The notes beneath the pieces were generated by a model. It worked only from the letters and a program-made list of their open reading frames with translations. It searched no databases and was not told the DNA's origin. Both the position numbers and the translations under genes were made by a program. DNA of 64,000 nt from Guillardia theta CCMP2712 (lineage: Eukaryota > Protista > Cryptophyta). Shown here one piece after another: positions 27,591 to 39,080 of this stretch. Where the stretch lies: contig NW_005434637.1 in the NCBI RefSeq assembly GCF_000315625.1, positions 122,671 to 186,670 of the forward strand, written 5' to 3'. Each line of letters opens with the position of its first letter. Position 1 is the stretch's first letter.

Positions 27591-30500
27591 TTACTGACAT
27601 AGCACGTTGCGGAAGTTCACGTACTCCTTGTGCACATGCTGCTTCACGGTGTACATATCCTCTAGCAGCACCTGCCACCCCTTGTCACCCCCTCTCCTCC
27701 TCTCACCCCCTCCCGCCATCGACCTGGACCTCGCAGATGTGTCGTCGCAGGTTGAGTGTCTCGTCCCATTGCTTAAGCGGGATGAAAGTGCATGAGCCGT
27801 TCTTAGCGTTGACCGTCCATCCTACCTGCCCTCCTCCAGTCACTCCCTCTCCCCTCCTCCTCCGGTTCCCTCTTCTCTCCCCTCCTCTTCCGCTTCCCGC
27901 CAAGTCCCTCCTTTNNNNNNNNNNNNNNNNNNNNNNNNNNNNNNNNNNNNNNNNNNNNNNNNNNNNNNNNNNNNNNNNNNNNNNNNNNNNNNNNNNNNNN
28001 NNNNNNNNNNNNNNGTCCCCTCCCTTCCCGCCCCCCCGTTTCTCCTCTCTCTCCCTCTTGCTTGTCGCACCTCAACACATATGCACAGGTCCCGATACCC
28101 TCCGCAAGCTCGAAGATCGTACCTCCTGTCATACCTGCCCTTCAAAGTCATCTCCTCCTCCTCTCTCTCCCCTCCCCTCCCATTCCTCTGACCTGTTCTT
28201 GATGCTCGTGATGTTCAAGTACACCCCGTCACCGCCCTCCCCCCTTCCTGACTGTACCACACATCCATCACATCCCGCGTAAGCCCCCCCTCTCCTCTAT
28301 CACCTCCACGTCTCCTGCCGCCTCATCCTTCTCCTCGCTCATCGGCCCGCTTAGCCCTGCCGCCACCGCCGACATCGACCGCACTTGCCTCACCCACTCC
28401 AGCACCTCCTCCACCGACTTCACCACCACTGTACACCGCACCAGGTCCGTCAAGCACGACGGGTCCCGGTGGTACGACCTCACGGTCTTCTGGATGGCTC
28501 GCTCGCAGGACTTCACCTTCCCGTGCTCCATCCTCCCCACGGGGTTCCACCCGCTCACCCAAAGCTGGAACGCCGCGCTCACCTCGTGCGCTTCCTCGAA
28601 CAGCTTCTCCAGGCTCTTGCTCTCCTGCCGGATCTTCTTGCTCCTCACCGAGTACCGCGACGCCCGCTTGCCCATCGCCCTTGACCGCACCCTCTCCCAC
28701 AAGCCCCCCTCCCGTCTACTCCATGCCCCGAGCTTCTGCGAGATCTCCAGCACTTCCCTGCTGATCTCCTCCAGCTTGTCCGTTGACGAGGACACGACCT
28801 TGCTCCAGGTCTTCTCGAAGCCCTCCATCGCCGCACTGAGATCCTTATACGTCTGCCGGTACGACAGCGAGTACTTCACGACGATGACGATGACGATGAT
28901 CCACGAAATAACGCCAAGAACGACAAACATCGGCTTGGTGTTCTCCCGTATTGTGAGCCCGTCTCTGATGCAGTAAGCTCCTTGCAGCACAAACACTACG
29001 ATCCAGGCATAATGCTGCATGAAGTGCACAAAGTACAGCACGATCGAGACGCATGCTATCAGTATGAACGACGACAGCCCGCTACAACCCGGCCATGAAA
29101 CAGCATCCTTTACATCGCACTGAATGAAGTCCGAAGCCGATGAGATGATCTTCAGCCATACAATCAGATGTCCGGATCCTACCAAGACACGCTTGGCGTT
29201 CAAGGGCGTGCTAAACCTACACGTCACGATCGCAGACAGATACAGCGTACCCCATAGGAAACTCAGAAATGAGTCGATCACTTTCGACACTTGCACCGTC
29301 CTCGGTGTGAGGACCTCTTTTGTTTCGGGAAATTGCATCCAGATTGTGTGCCCTTCTAACATCCGCTGTACCATCACTGCCCCGAACAACAGCTGCGTAA
29401 TTCCAGCAAACGCGATGCAGCACTGCGCGGGCGTCTTCAGCAGCGCTGTCTCCAGCGCGTTGCTCGACCTCAGCGCTAGTATCCCGTCCACGTCGTCGTC
29501 CCGGTACACTCGCAGCCTCGTGTTCAACGGCAGGAAACGCTCGTCCTCCGCACAGCCCCTCACCATCTCCCCTATCGCCTTCACCGCCTCGTCGTAGAAA
29601 GCCTCCTTCGCTCTGTTGATCCCCTCGCACGTCCCCTCGCAGTCCTCGCACGCCCTCGCCCTGCTCGCCGACGTCATCGTGCTCACAGCTGACAGCCGGT
29701 CAAGCGAGTCGATACTCCGCAGCGCAAAGAACTCGTGCAGCAGCTCGTACGTCTTCGTCTCTCGCAGCACCTGCAGCATCTCTATCCCCCGTGGGTTGTG
29801 CTTCTCGAAGTGCCATACCTGCCCTGCTATCTGGGCCCTCAGCTCCTTCACAAGATGCTCCTTCAGCATCCCCCCCGCTTCCTCCGCGCTCCTCCTCACG
29901 TCCTGCTNNNNNNNNNNNNNNNNNNNNNNNNNNNNNNNNNNNNNNNNNNNNNNNNNNNNNNNNNNNNNNNNNNNNNNNNNNNNNNNNNNNNNNNNNNNNN
30001 NNNNNNNNNNNNCTCGCACAGACACGCTCCTCAGATACCCCAGCAGCTTCTCCCGCTCCTCCTTCACTCCCGCCCCCTGCAGAAGTCCGCACGCCCTCTC
30101 GCTGTTCACCCCCGACCCCCTCCCGCTCAGCCTCTCCACTGCCTCCCTCAGCGACACGTGCCCTCCTCCCTCGTCTCGCAGGATCGGTAGCACAAGCCTC
30201 GCCCTCCCGGCCTTCTTCTCCAGCAGGTAGATCATCGCCAGCGCAAGCTGCAAGAAGTCGTCCTCCCTGTCCGCCTCCTCCCGGATCCCTTCCAGCAGCC
30301 CCAGCACGCTCGTCACTCTCCCCCACGTGATCACCGGTACGAACATGGTGCAGTTGCACACGAACCTCTCCTTGCTGAAAGCCTGCCGGTTCACAGACAG
30401 GTACGAGATGCAGTCCACGTCCAGGTATGTCTTCTGAGCGTAGATCTTGAAGAGCCACGCCTCCTCCTCCTCCAGCTCCTCGTGCACCACCCGATGCAGC

Positions 30501-30712
30501 TCGTCCGCGAACGCCTGCTCGTCGAAGCCCCCCCGCTCGCCCCCGGGCCCTCCCGGCAGGGGTCGGAGGCGATCGGCTTTCTTGGTGGGGTGCCAGCGGA
30601 GGATGAAGAAGTGCACGTTATCGTCGTGGGTCTGGAGGGAGTGCTGGGATCTGCGCTGGAGGACGGTGAGGCGGGAGGGCTGCTTGAAGAGAGCGAGAAG
30701 CTTGGAGCTCAT
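27591..30712 (-). CDS. TIR-like/SAM-like/6TM/RelA-SpoT-like protein, copy 2 (~900 aa)
   Basis: Exons 30712-28304, 28251-28193, 28134-28071, 27825-27724 and 27671-27591 splice in frame at GT-AG sites; one N gap in exon 1. Confidence 0.85.
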
Positions 30713-32102
30713 TGCGGGCTCAGAGATTATAAGGTTAGTTGCGTTGTTTGAAGAGAGATATTTTCTGTCACTCGCGCCCAATCGGGATCATCTTTGGGTT
30801 AAACACCGAGCCTCAAGGTCTTCGGGTATGTGTAAAGAGCCGAAGGTCATTGCGAGGAGCTGAAGCGAAGGGAGATCNNNNNNNNNNNNNNNNNNNNNNN
30901 NNNNNNNNNNNNNNNNNNNNNNNNNNNNNNNNNNNNNNNNNNNNNNNNNNNNNNNNNNNNNNNNNNNNNNNNNNNNNGGCAAGGAAGATGCGGAAGATGG
31001 GAGGGGACGAAGACAAGGGGATGTTGGAGGAAGCCGAGGCGGACAAGGAAGGGTAGAGGAGAGCAGGGCAAGGAGGGAGGGAGAGAGAGAACGCGGCGTG
31101 AAGGATGTGGAGGATGTAGATAATGGAAAGATTGGGGAGGGTGGGGAGGAGGGAGGGTGAAGGGATGTTAGAGCAAGGAGGTGAAGTAGAGAGGGGGAGG
31201 AGTGAGGAATGGAGGAGGAGACGTTCTGGGGGATAAAGAGATGGTAGGGTGGGTGGTGTGGCTCTTGTAGGTGCTTCAAAGGGGGTCCTCAGTGTGAATC
31301 AGGGAGGGGTTTCACTTCATTGGGTGGGGTGGGGCCTGATTGGATGGGGTGGGGTGCGGGGGCTGACCTATTAACTCGATATATATATTTTAAAAACAAA
31401 CAACTTACTTTTAAAATAGGCTCACTAAAACTGGTTTTAGTAACATCGTCAACCAAGCTTGTTGTTACACATCATTACAACGGACAGGGCAGAAGGGGGT
31501 GGGGTCCTCTTTCCTCGCCCCTCTGGGGTGGGTCAGAAAGTTAAAAGTAGCTGGTCGAGAAGTTGGAGGGGGGTGGGTAGGATGGTCCCCTACAAGTCAA
31601 TAGCCGGAACCCTGCCATGGCATGATGTGAAAGGACTCTCATGCACGTCCGGCGCCGCTCTTCTAGTGACGGCTCAGTCCCTGAGGACCAGCAGCAAGCA
31701 CGTGACCAACCGAGCCTCCGCCAGAGATCGATGCTCGAGTCTTGTGCTTGTGCCGCGGGAGGAAGGATAGCGGTAGGGGTCTGGAGGCCTCTTCTGCCAT
31801 GCTGGCCCGCGGACTGGCATCTTGACGAGCCCTGCATGACCTGAGACATCACGACCAAACCATATGTAAGGAGATCACAGGAATGATGTTCAGCCTGCAA
31901 CTCTTTCTATGATCCCTTGAAGCCACCGATAGAATGTAGAACGGCAGGAAGGAACAACTCAGCTGAACCCTAACGATACAGACAAGCATAACGCGTTGCT
32001 CTACACTAAACATTGAGCCATTCACCCTGACCCAGCAACACTGTAAGTATCTCAAGAGCCTTAAAGCAACATAACTTTATTCCCCAGACTCAAGCTGACA
32101 TC

Positions 32103-35100
32103 TTACTGACATAGCACATTGCGGAAGTTCACGTACTCCTTGTGCACATGCTGCTTCACGGTGTACATCTCCTCTAGCAGCACCTGCCACCCCTTGTCAC
32201 CCCCTCTCCTCCTCTCACCCCCTCCCGCCATCGACCTGGACCTCGCAGATGTGTCGTCGCAGGTTGAGTGTCTCGTCCCATTGCTTAAGCGGGATGAAAG
32301 TGCATGAGCCGTTCTTAGCGTTGACCGTCCATCCTACCTGCCCTCCTCCAGTCACTCCCTCTCCCCTCCTCCTCCGGTTCCCTCTTCTCTCCCCTCCTCT
32401 TCCGCTTCCCGCCAAGTCCCTCCTTTCCTTTCTCCTCTCGTCCCCTCCCTTCCCGCCCCCCCGTTTCTCCTCTCTCTCCCTCTTGCTTGTCGCACCTCAA
32501 CACATATGCACAGGTCCCGATACCCTCCGCAAGCTCGAAGATCGTACCTCCTGTCATACCTGCCCTTCAAAGTCATCTCCTCCTCCTCTCTCTCCCCTCC
32601 CCTCCCATTCCTCTGACCTGTTCTTGATGCTCGTGATGTTCAAGTACAGCCCGTCACCGCCCTCCCTCCTTTGTGACTGTNNNNNNNNNNNNNNNNNNNN
32701 NNNNNNNNNNNNNNNNNNNNNNNNNNNNNNNNNNNNNNNNNNNNNNNNNNNNNNNNNNNNNNNNNNNNNNNNNNNNNNNNNNNNNNNNNNNNNNNNNNNC
32801 CTCGCTCATCGGCCCGCTTAGCCCTGCCGCCACCGCCGACATCGACCGCACTTTNNNNNNNNNNNNNNNNNNNNNNNNNNNNNNNNNNNNNNNNNNNNNN
32901 NNNNNNNNNNNNNNNNNNNNNNNNNNNNNNNNNNNNNNNNNNNNNNNNNNNNNNNNNNNNNNNNNNNNNNNNNNNNNNNNNNCCTTCCCGTGCTCCGTCC
33001 TACCCACGGGGTTCCACCCGCTTACCCAAAGCTGGAACGCCGCGCTCACCTCGTGTGCTTCCTCGAACAGCTTCTCCAGGCTCTTGCTCTCCTGCCGGAT
33101 CTTCTTGCTCCTCACCGAGTACCGCGACGCCCGCTTGCCCATCGCCCTTNNNNNNNNNNNNNNNNNNNNNNNNNNNNNNNNNNNNNNNNNNNNNNNNNNN
33201 NNNNNNNNNNNNNNNNNNNNNNNNNNNNNNNNNNNNNNNNNNNNNNNNNNNNNNNNNNNNNNNNNNNNNNNNNNNNNNNNNNNNNNNNNNNNNNNNNNNN
33301 NNNNNNNNNNNNNNNNNNNNNNNNNNNNNNNNNNNNNNNNNNNNNNNNNNNNNNNNNNNNNNNNNNNNNNNNNNNNNNNNNNNNNNNNNNNNNNNNNNNN
33401 NNNNNNNNNNNNNNNNNNNNNNNNNNNNNNNNNNNNNNNNNNNNNNNNNNNNNNNNNNNNNNNNNNNNNNNNNNNNNNNNNNNNNNNNNNNNNNNNNNNN
33501 NNNNNNNNNNNNNNNNCGCATGCTATCAGTATGAACGACGACAGTCCGCTACATTCCGACGTAAAACCAGCTTCCGATGGATCGCACTGGATGAAGTCCG
33601 AAACCGACGAGATGATCTTCAGCCATACAATCAGATGTCCGGATCCTACCAAGACACGCTTGGCGTTCAAGGGCGTGCTNNNNNNNNNNNNNNNNNNNNN
33701 NNNNNNNNNNNNNNNNNNNNNNNNNNNNNNNNNNNNNNNNNNNNNNNNNNNNNNNNNNNNNNNNNNNNNNNNNNNNNNNCACCGTCCTGGGAATGATGAC
33801 CTCCTTTGTAATAGAATCTTCCATCCAGATTGAGTGCCCTTCTAACATCCGCTGCACCATCACTGCCCCGAACAAGAGCTGGANNNNNNNNNNNNNNNNN
33901 NNNNNNNNNNNNNNNNNNNNNNNNNNNNNNNNNNNNNNNNNNNNNNNNNNNNNNNNNNNNNNNNNNNNNNNNNNNNNNNNNNNCAGCACTGCGCGGGCGT
34001 CTTCAGCAGCGCTGTCTCCAGCGCGTTGCTCGACCTCAGCGCTAGTATCCCGTCCACGTCGTCGTCCCGGTACACTCGCAGCCTCGTGTTCAACGGCAGG
34101 AAACGCTCGTCCTCCGCACAGCCCCTCACCATCTCCCCTATCGCCTTCACCGCCTCGTCGTAGAAAGCCTCCTTCGCTCTGTTGATCCCCTCGCACGTCC
34201 CCTCGCAGTCCTCGCACGCCCTCGCCCTGCTCGCCGACGTCATCGTGCTCACAGCTGACAGCCGGNNNNNNNNNNNNNNNNNNNNNNNNNNNNNNNNNNN
34301 NNNNNNNNNNNNNNNNNNNNNNNNNNNNNNNNNNNNNNNNNNNNNNNNNNNNNNNNNNNNNNNNNNNNNNNNNNNNNNNCATACCTGCCCTGCTATCTGG
34401 GCCCTCAGCTCCTTCACAAGATGCTCCTTCAGCATCCCCCCCGCTTCCTCCGCGCTCCTCCTCACGTCCTGCTCCTTGCCCAACAGGTACACCCCGCATG
34501 CTCCGCTCACTGCCTCCGGACAAGCCTCAAGCCCTAGGCTCCCCCGGCTCGTGCATGACAGCAGCCTCACCACCGCGTCTCGCACAGACACGCTCCTCAG
34601 ATACCCCAGCAGCTTCTCCCGCTCCTCCTTCACTCCCGCCCCCTGCAGAAGTCCGCACGCCCTCTCGCTGTTCACCCCCGACCCCCTCCCGCTCAGCCTC
34701 TCCACTGCCTCCCTCAGCGACACGTGCCCTCCTCCCTCGTCTCGCAGGATCGGTAGCACAAGCCTCGCCCTCCCGGCCTTCTTCTCCAGCAGGTAGATCA
34801 TCGCCAGCGCAAGCTGCAAGAAGTCGTCCTCCCTGTCCGCCTCCTCCCGGATCCCTTCCAGCAGCCCCAGCACGCTCGTCACTCTCCCCCACGTGATCAC
34901 CGGTACGAACATGGTGCAGTTGCACACGAACCTCTCCTTGCTGAAAGCCTGCCGGTTCACAGACAGGTACGAGATGCAGTCCACGTCCAGGTATGTCTTC
35001 TGAGCGTAGATCTTGAAGAGCCACGCCTCCTCCTCCTCCAGCTCCTCGTGCATCACCCGATGCAGCTCGTCCGCGAACGCCTCCTCGTCGAAGCCCCCCC

Positions 35101-35278
35101 GCTCGCCCCCGGGCCCTCCCGGCAGGGGTCGGAGGCGATCGGCTTTCCTGGTGGGCTGCCAGCGGAGGATGAAGAAGTGCACGTTATCGTCGTGGGTCTG
35201 GAGGGAGTGCTGGGATCTGCGCTGGAGGACGGTGAGGCGGGAGGGCTGTTTGAAGAGAGCGAGAAGCTTGGAGCTCAT
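32103..35278 (-). CDS. TIR-like/SAM-like/6TM/RelA-SpoT-like protein, copy 3 (many N gaps)
   Basis: Same start (MSSKLL) and same terminal exons as copy 2; distinct loop sequences. Confidence 0.8.
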
Positions 35279-36158
35279 TGCGGCTCAGAGATTATAAGGT
35301 TAGTTGCGTTGTTTGAAGACAGATATTTTCTGTCACTCGCGCCCAATCGGGATCATCTTTGTGTGAACACCGAGCCTCAAGGTCTTCGGGTATGTGTAAA
35401 GAGCCGAAGGTCATTGCGAGGAGCTGAAGCGAAGGGAGATCCTTATCAGTATACGATCAACAGGGTAGGAGAGCATGCGAAGGGGAGAANNNNNNNNNNN
35501 NNNNNNNNNNNNNNNNNNNNNNNNNNNNNNNNNNNNNNNNNNNNNNNNNNNNNNNNNNNNNNNNNNNNNNNNNNNNNNNNNNNNNNNNNGGAAGGACTTT
35601 AATTTTAAAAACTACATTTTACGCTATAACTATCTAAATTGATTTTATTTATAGAATTGATGAAACGATTTATAAACGAAACGTTTCCTGAAAATGCAAG
35701 ATTGGCGGTCATTTTCACCAATCGAACGACGTACCCACGTCGGGGTAGGACCCTTGGTCAGGTGGGGTATCAAAGGGAATGGTGGGGGGTAGTCAACCAT
35801 CGATGGAGGGGTAGTAACAAGGTCATAAGGATTATGGACATTTTCCCTGAGGTGGGCTGGAGTTTGCTACGTGAGTAAAAAAACAAAGAGGTCGGTATGA
35901 GATGGGATGAGGGTAACCTGGAAGGTTGGGGGTTGAGGGGGATGATGGTGAGGGAATGCCGTTGGTGGTCAACCTACCCCACCCACCCCTACCCCTACAA
36001 ATCAGCGGAGTTACCCCATCGGAGTTCCTCATACCCCCCTTTTCCTCCTCAAAAGTTGACGTGCAAACGGGGTGAGAGGGAGGAATGAAGGGGTAGTGTT
36101 TGACCATCGGGGTGGTGGTGGTGAGGTAGGTCTGAAGGGGGGAGGGTTCACGTCTGAT

Positions 36159-38794
36159 ATGGCTGCAGCCATGCCGGAGACTCCAACGAGGTATGGAGGT
36201 GGAGCAGGGTTCTCCTCCTCCTCCTCCTCCTTTAGAGGGCCAGGATTCTCTTCATCCGGAGGAACTGCAGGGTTCTCCTCCTCCTCCTCCACCACCACCA
36301 CCACCACTCCATCTCATGGCATGTCCTCCCCTTCTCCTGCCAACGTTAACAACGCAGTCGGCACCTTTGCCCCCCCCCGCAGAACCTCGAGCTCCGACGG
36401 TTCTCAAACGGCTCGAGCGCATCCACCACGAGCATCGATGCCGTCTGCTCAGGGGCGGCTGCAAGCTAGTAACTCCTGCGTCAATCGCGCTAGAATGTCC
36501 TTGAGAGACGTTGCGGGAGGGGTAGCAAGCAAAGGCGGAGGGCTGACGCTGAGTGAGAGCATCCGAAATAGCGGGCTGGTGCTGGAAGAGCAGGAGCAGA
36601 AGATACGACGCTTGAACGATCAGGCAGAGGTAAAGTAATTGTTGGAGCAAGGAATGCCATGTTTGTATGTTGTGCTGCCGGGCAGACCTGTGCATGATTT
36701 GGTGGCAAGCATGACGCTGTGAAGTTGGCCTTCTTTCTCACATCATCGCTTGCGCAGGAGCTGTCTGAAAGGCTCACAGCGAAGGAACAAGAGATGCAAA
36801 CGATGAGCTCGGTGTTGCAGGACAAAATATCTTTGAAGGATAAGGAGCTTGAGGGTCTAAGAGAAATTGCACGAGCATCTGAGATGACGATACGTGGGCT
36901 AGAGGAAGAGGTGAGCAGCTTGAATGTCGATATGATTTGCTGAACCTGTCGTGAGCAGATCAAGCTTCTTCGCAAGCAGAACAATGAAATAGACAAGCAC
37001 TGGCGCCAAAATTCTGAGAAGAACTTGCGGGATGAAGCGAGTGCCAGGGATCGGTCCAGCAACGGAGATGCTGAGAAACTAGCAGCTGCCGAACAGCAGC
37101 TCCGTCAGCTTCGGAAGCAAGTGCAGCAAGGCGAGATGGAGGCGAACGAGTTGAAACAAAGGCTGTTGGCCCTTGAAGGCAAATCAGTGGACAAGGAAGG
37201 CAGCCAGAAGGCTGAGAAGGCAAAAGAGAAGATCGCGGCCTTGGAGAAGATAGTCTCCCAACGTGAAAACGAAGCGAAACAGCTCAAGAGTGAGATATCG
37301 AAGCTGAAGAGTGACTTGTCGAACAATGATGATAAGAAGAGAACAGAAGCCCTTGTGAATGAGCTGAAGGAGCAGGTCAGGGAGGCGAATGAGAAGGTTG
37401 AACGGGCGGGGCAAGAGCACAAGAAGGCAACAGAAACGCTGATGAAGGATCTTAAGGAGGCAAAGGAAATGCTCTCATCTGAGAAGAAGAACTCGACCGA
37501 TCTGATCGCCTCCAAGGCTACGCTGGAGGAGAAGTTGAAGGATTGTCAACATCTTCTTAAGACCTCTCAACAGCAGGCCGAGAGTATAGAGAAAGAGGTA
37601 AAGTCGAAGAAGCAAGAGCTAGAGAGCGTTCTCTCCTCCTTGAATCAGAAGGATAAAGAGTTGAAGGAACATCAGGCCTTGATCGCTTCGCTGAGACAAC
37701 AGCTGAAAGAGGAGGACAAAACCAGTTTGCATGAAGAAATGAAGAACCTCAAGGCCGAGTTGGAGAAATCAGAACGTCAGAACAAGGATCTGCTGCTGGC
37801 TATGAATGAAGCCGTATCGTCTGCTGAAGAGAACAAGAAGAGGGTTATCGAGCTGCAGACAAACTTGAGCTCGGCGGAAGAGAGCCTGTCCAAGGCAGAG
37901 GCGACCATGGTGGAGATGAAGAAAAAGCTGACGCTCCTGGAGGCGTCCGATTCCGAATCTCTGGCTAGACTTTGCCGTAAGTGGGAGGCAGAGCGAGAGG
38001 ATGTGGGAGAGGAGGGGGAAGGGGAGGGCGGAAGCCGATGTTGATTTGATTGCAGGCATCCGGGAGCTGGAGGCGGAGGTCAGGACAGAGCGGGGGCTCC
38101 AGGAGGAAAAGGCAACCATGCTGTACAAGTCCAGGGAGACCTGTCATGAGCTGGAAGCAAAGCTGAGAAAGGCTCAAGAGGAGCTGGACGCTTTGCGAGC
38201 GAAGGTGAGGGGCTGGCGGAGTGAGGGCGGCGCGTGAAGGCTGAGCAGGCTGAGCAGGCGGAGATGCCAGCAGACGTGAAAGCGAAGATGGAGGAGCTCG
38301 AAAGCCTTAAGGAGAAGAATGCTTTACAGGTGCTCCTCCCTTCTTCCGCTCCCCCCACCCTTCTTTCTTGACTTCACCGCCGCACGCACCCTTCCCCCTC
38401 TTTCCCTTCCTCCTCCTGCCAGCCCCCCTCCCCCCCGCTCACTTTGGTGCAGTTGCAGATCCACAAGATTCAGATGCTGCTGAGGATGGCAGAGATCACG
38501 AAGCTCGAGGAGTACATCAAGTGCTCCCGCAAGTGCGACGCGATCAAGGAGGAGAAGCTCGGGCTGCTGACGTACAATCTCGCGTCTGCCGAGAGCCAGA
38601 TCTCGGGAGAGAGCGAGGAGGCGACTAAGAAGCGGCACGCGGTGAGGGAAGAGAGGATGGGAGTTCTCAACAAGAAGCAGAAGGCGGAAGAGGAGAAGAT
38701 CAAAGTCAACGAGGAGAGTTTCAACACTCAATCTGTACGCCTCAAGGAAAAGCTCAAAGCGTTGGACTCACAACTCAAGGGCCTGGCCGGTTGA
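36159..38794 (+). CDS. Long coiled-coil protein (multi-exon), function unknown
   Basis: S/P-rich N-terminus followed by E/K/L heptad-rich exons joined by short GT-AG introns. Confidence 0.8.
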
Positions 38795-39080
38795 TGGCAA
38801 CAGCAAAAGAAGTGTCAACCTTGCCTCCTCACTCCCTCTCCTCCCCTCCGTCATCCCTTGCCCCGACTCCTTCCTCTTGTATCTATCAGCCTCTTCGTTC
38901 CCTCCTCACTCCCTCTGTCACTGTAACAATCCCTCCTCCCTCCCCTTGTGTTTTTCTACGCTCCCGATGCCCTCTATGTAGACTAGATGTAAAATTTCAA
39001 CGATGGTTAATTCTTTGCTTCAAGATCAAGACTATCAGATTTCATCTGCACAAGGCCATCACAAACACACACGATCGCTA

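Larger units (their letters stand above)
23110..35489. repeat. Tandem segmental triplication, unit ~4.5 kb
   Basis: Gene bodies and upstream flanks recur three times (stops at 23115, 27591, 32103); the spacer block recurs at ~26995-27590 and ~31495-32100. Confidence 0.95.

Noticed and set aside
27591-30712. Ordinary plastid RSH (RelA/SpoT homolog)
   Set aside because: No HD, TGS or ACT domain and no signal or transit peptide; has a 6TM domain instead.
30713-30781. N-terminal extension MGASDRK... of copy 2
   Set aside because: Starts at TTG and depends on a 1-bp difference absent from copies 1 and 3; MSSKLL is the shared ATG.
23110-35489. Triplication as a pure assembly artefact or allelic haplotypes
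   Set aside because: Three distinct, strongly diverged loop sequences and different AT-rich spacers indicate real paralogs, although gaps leave copy number uncertain.
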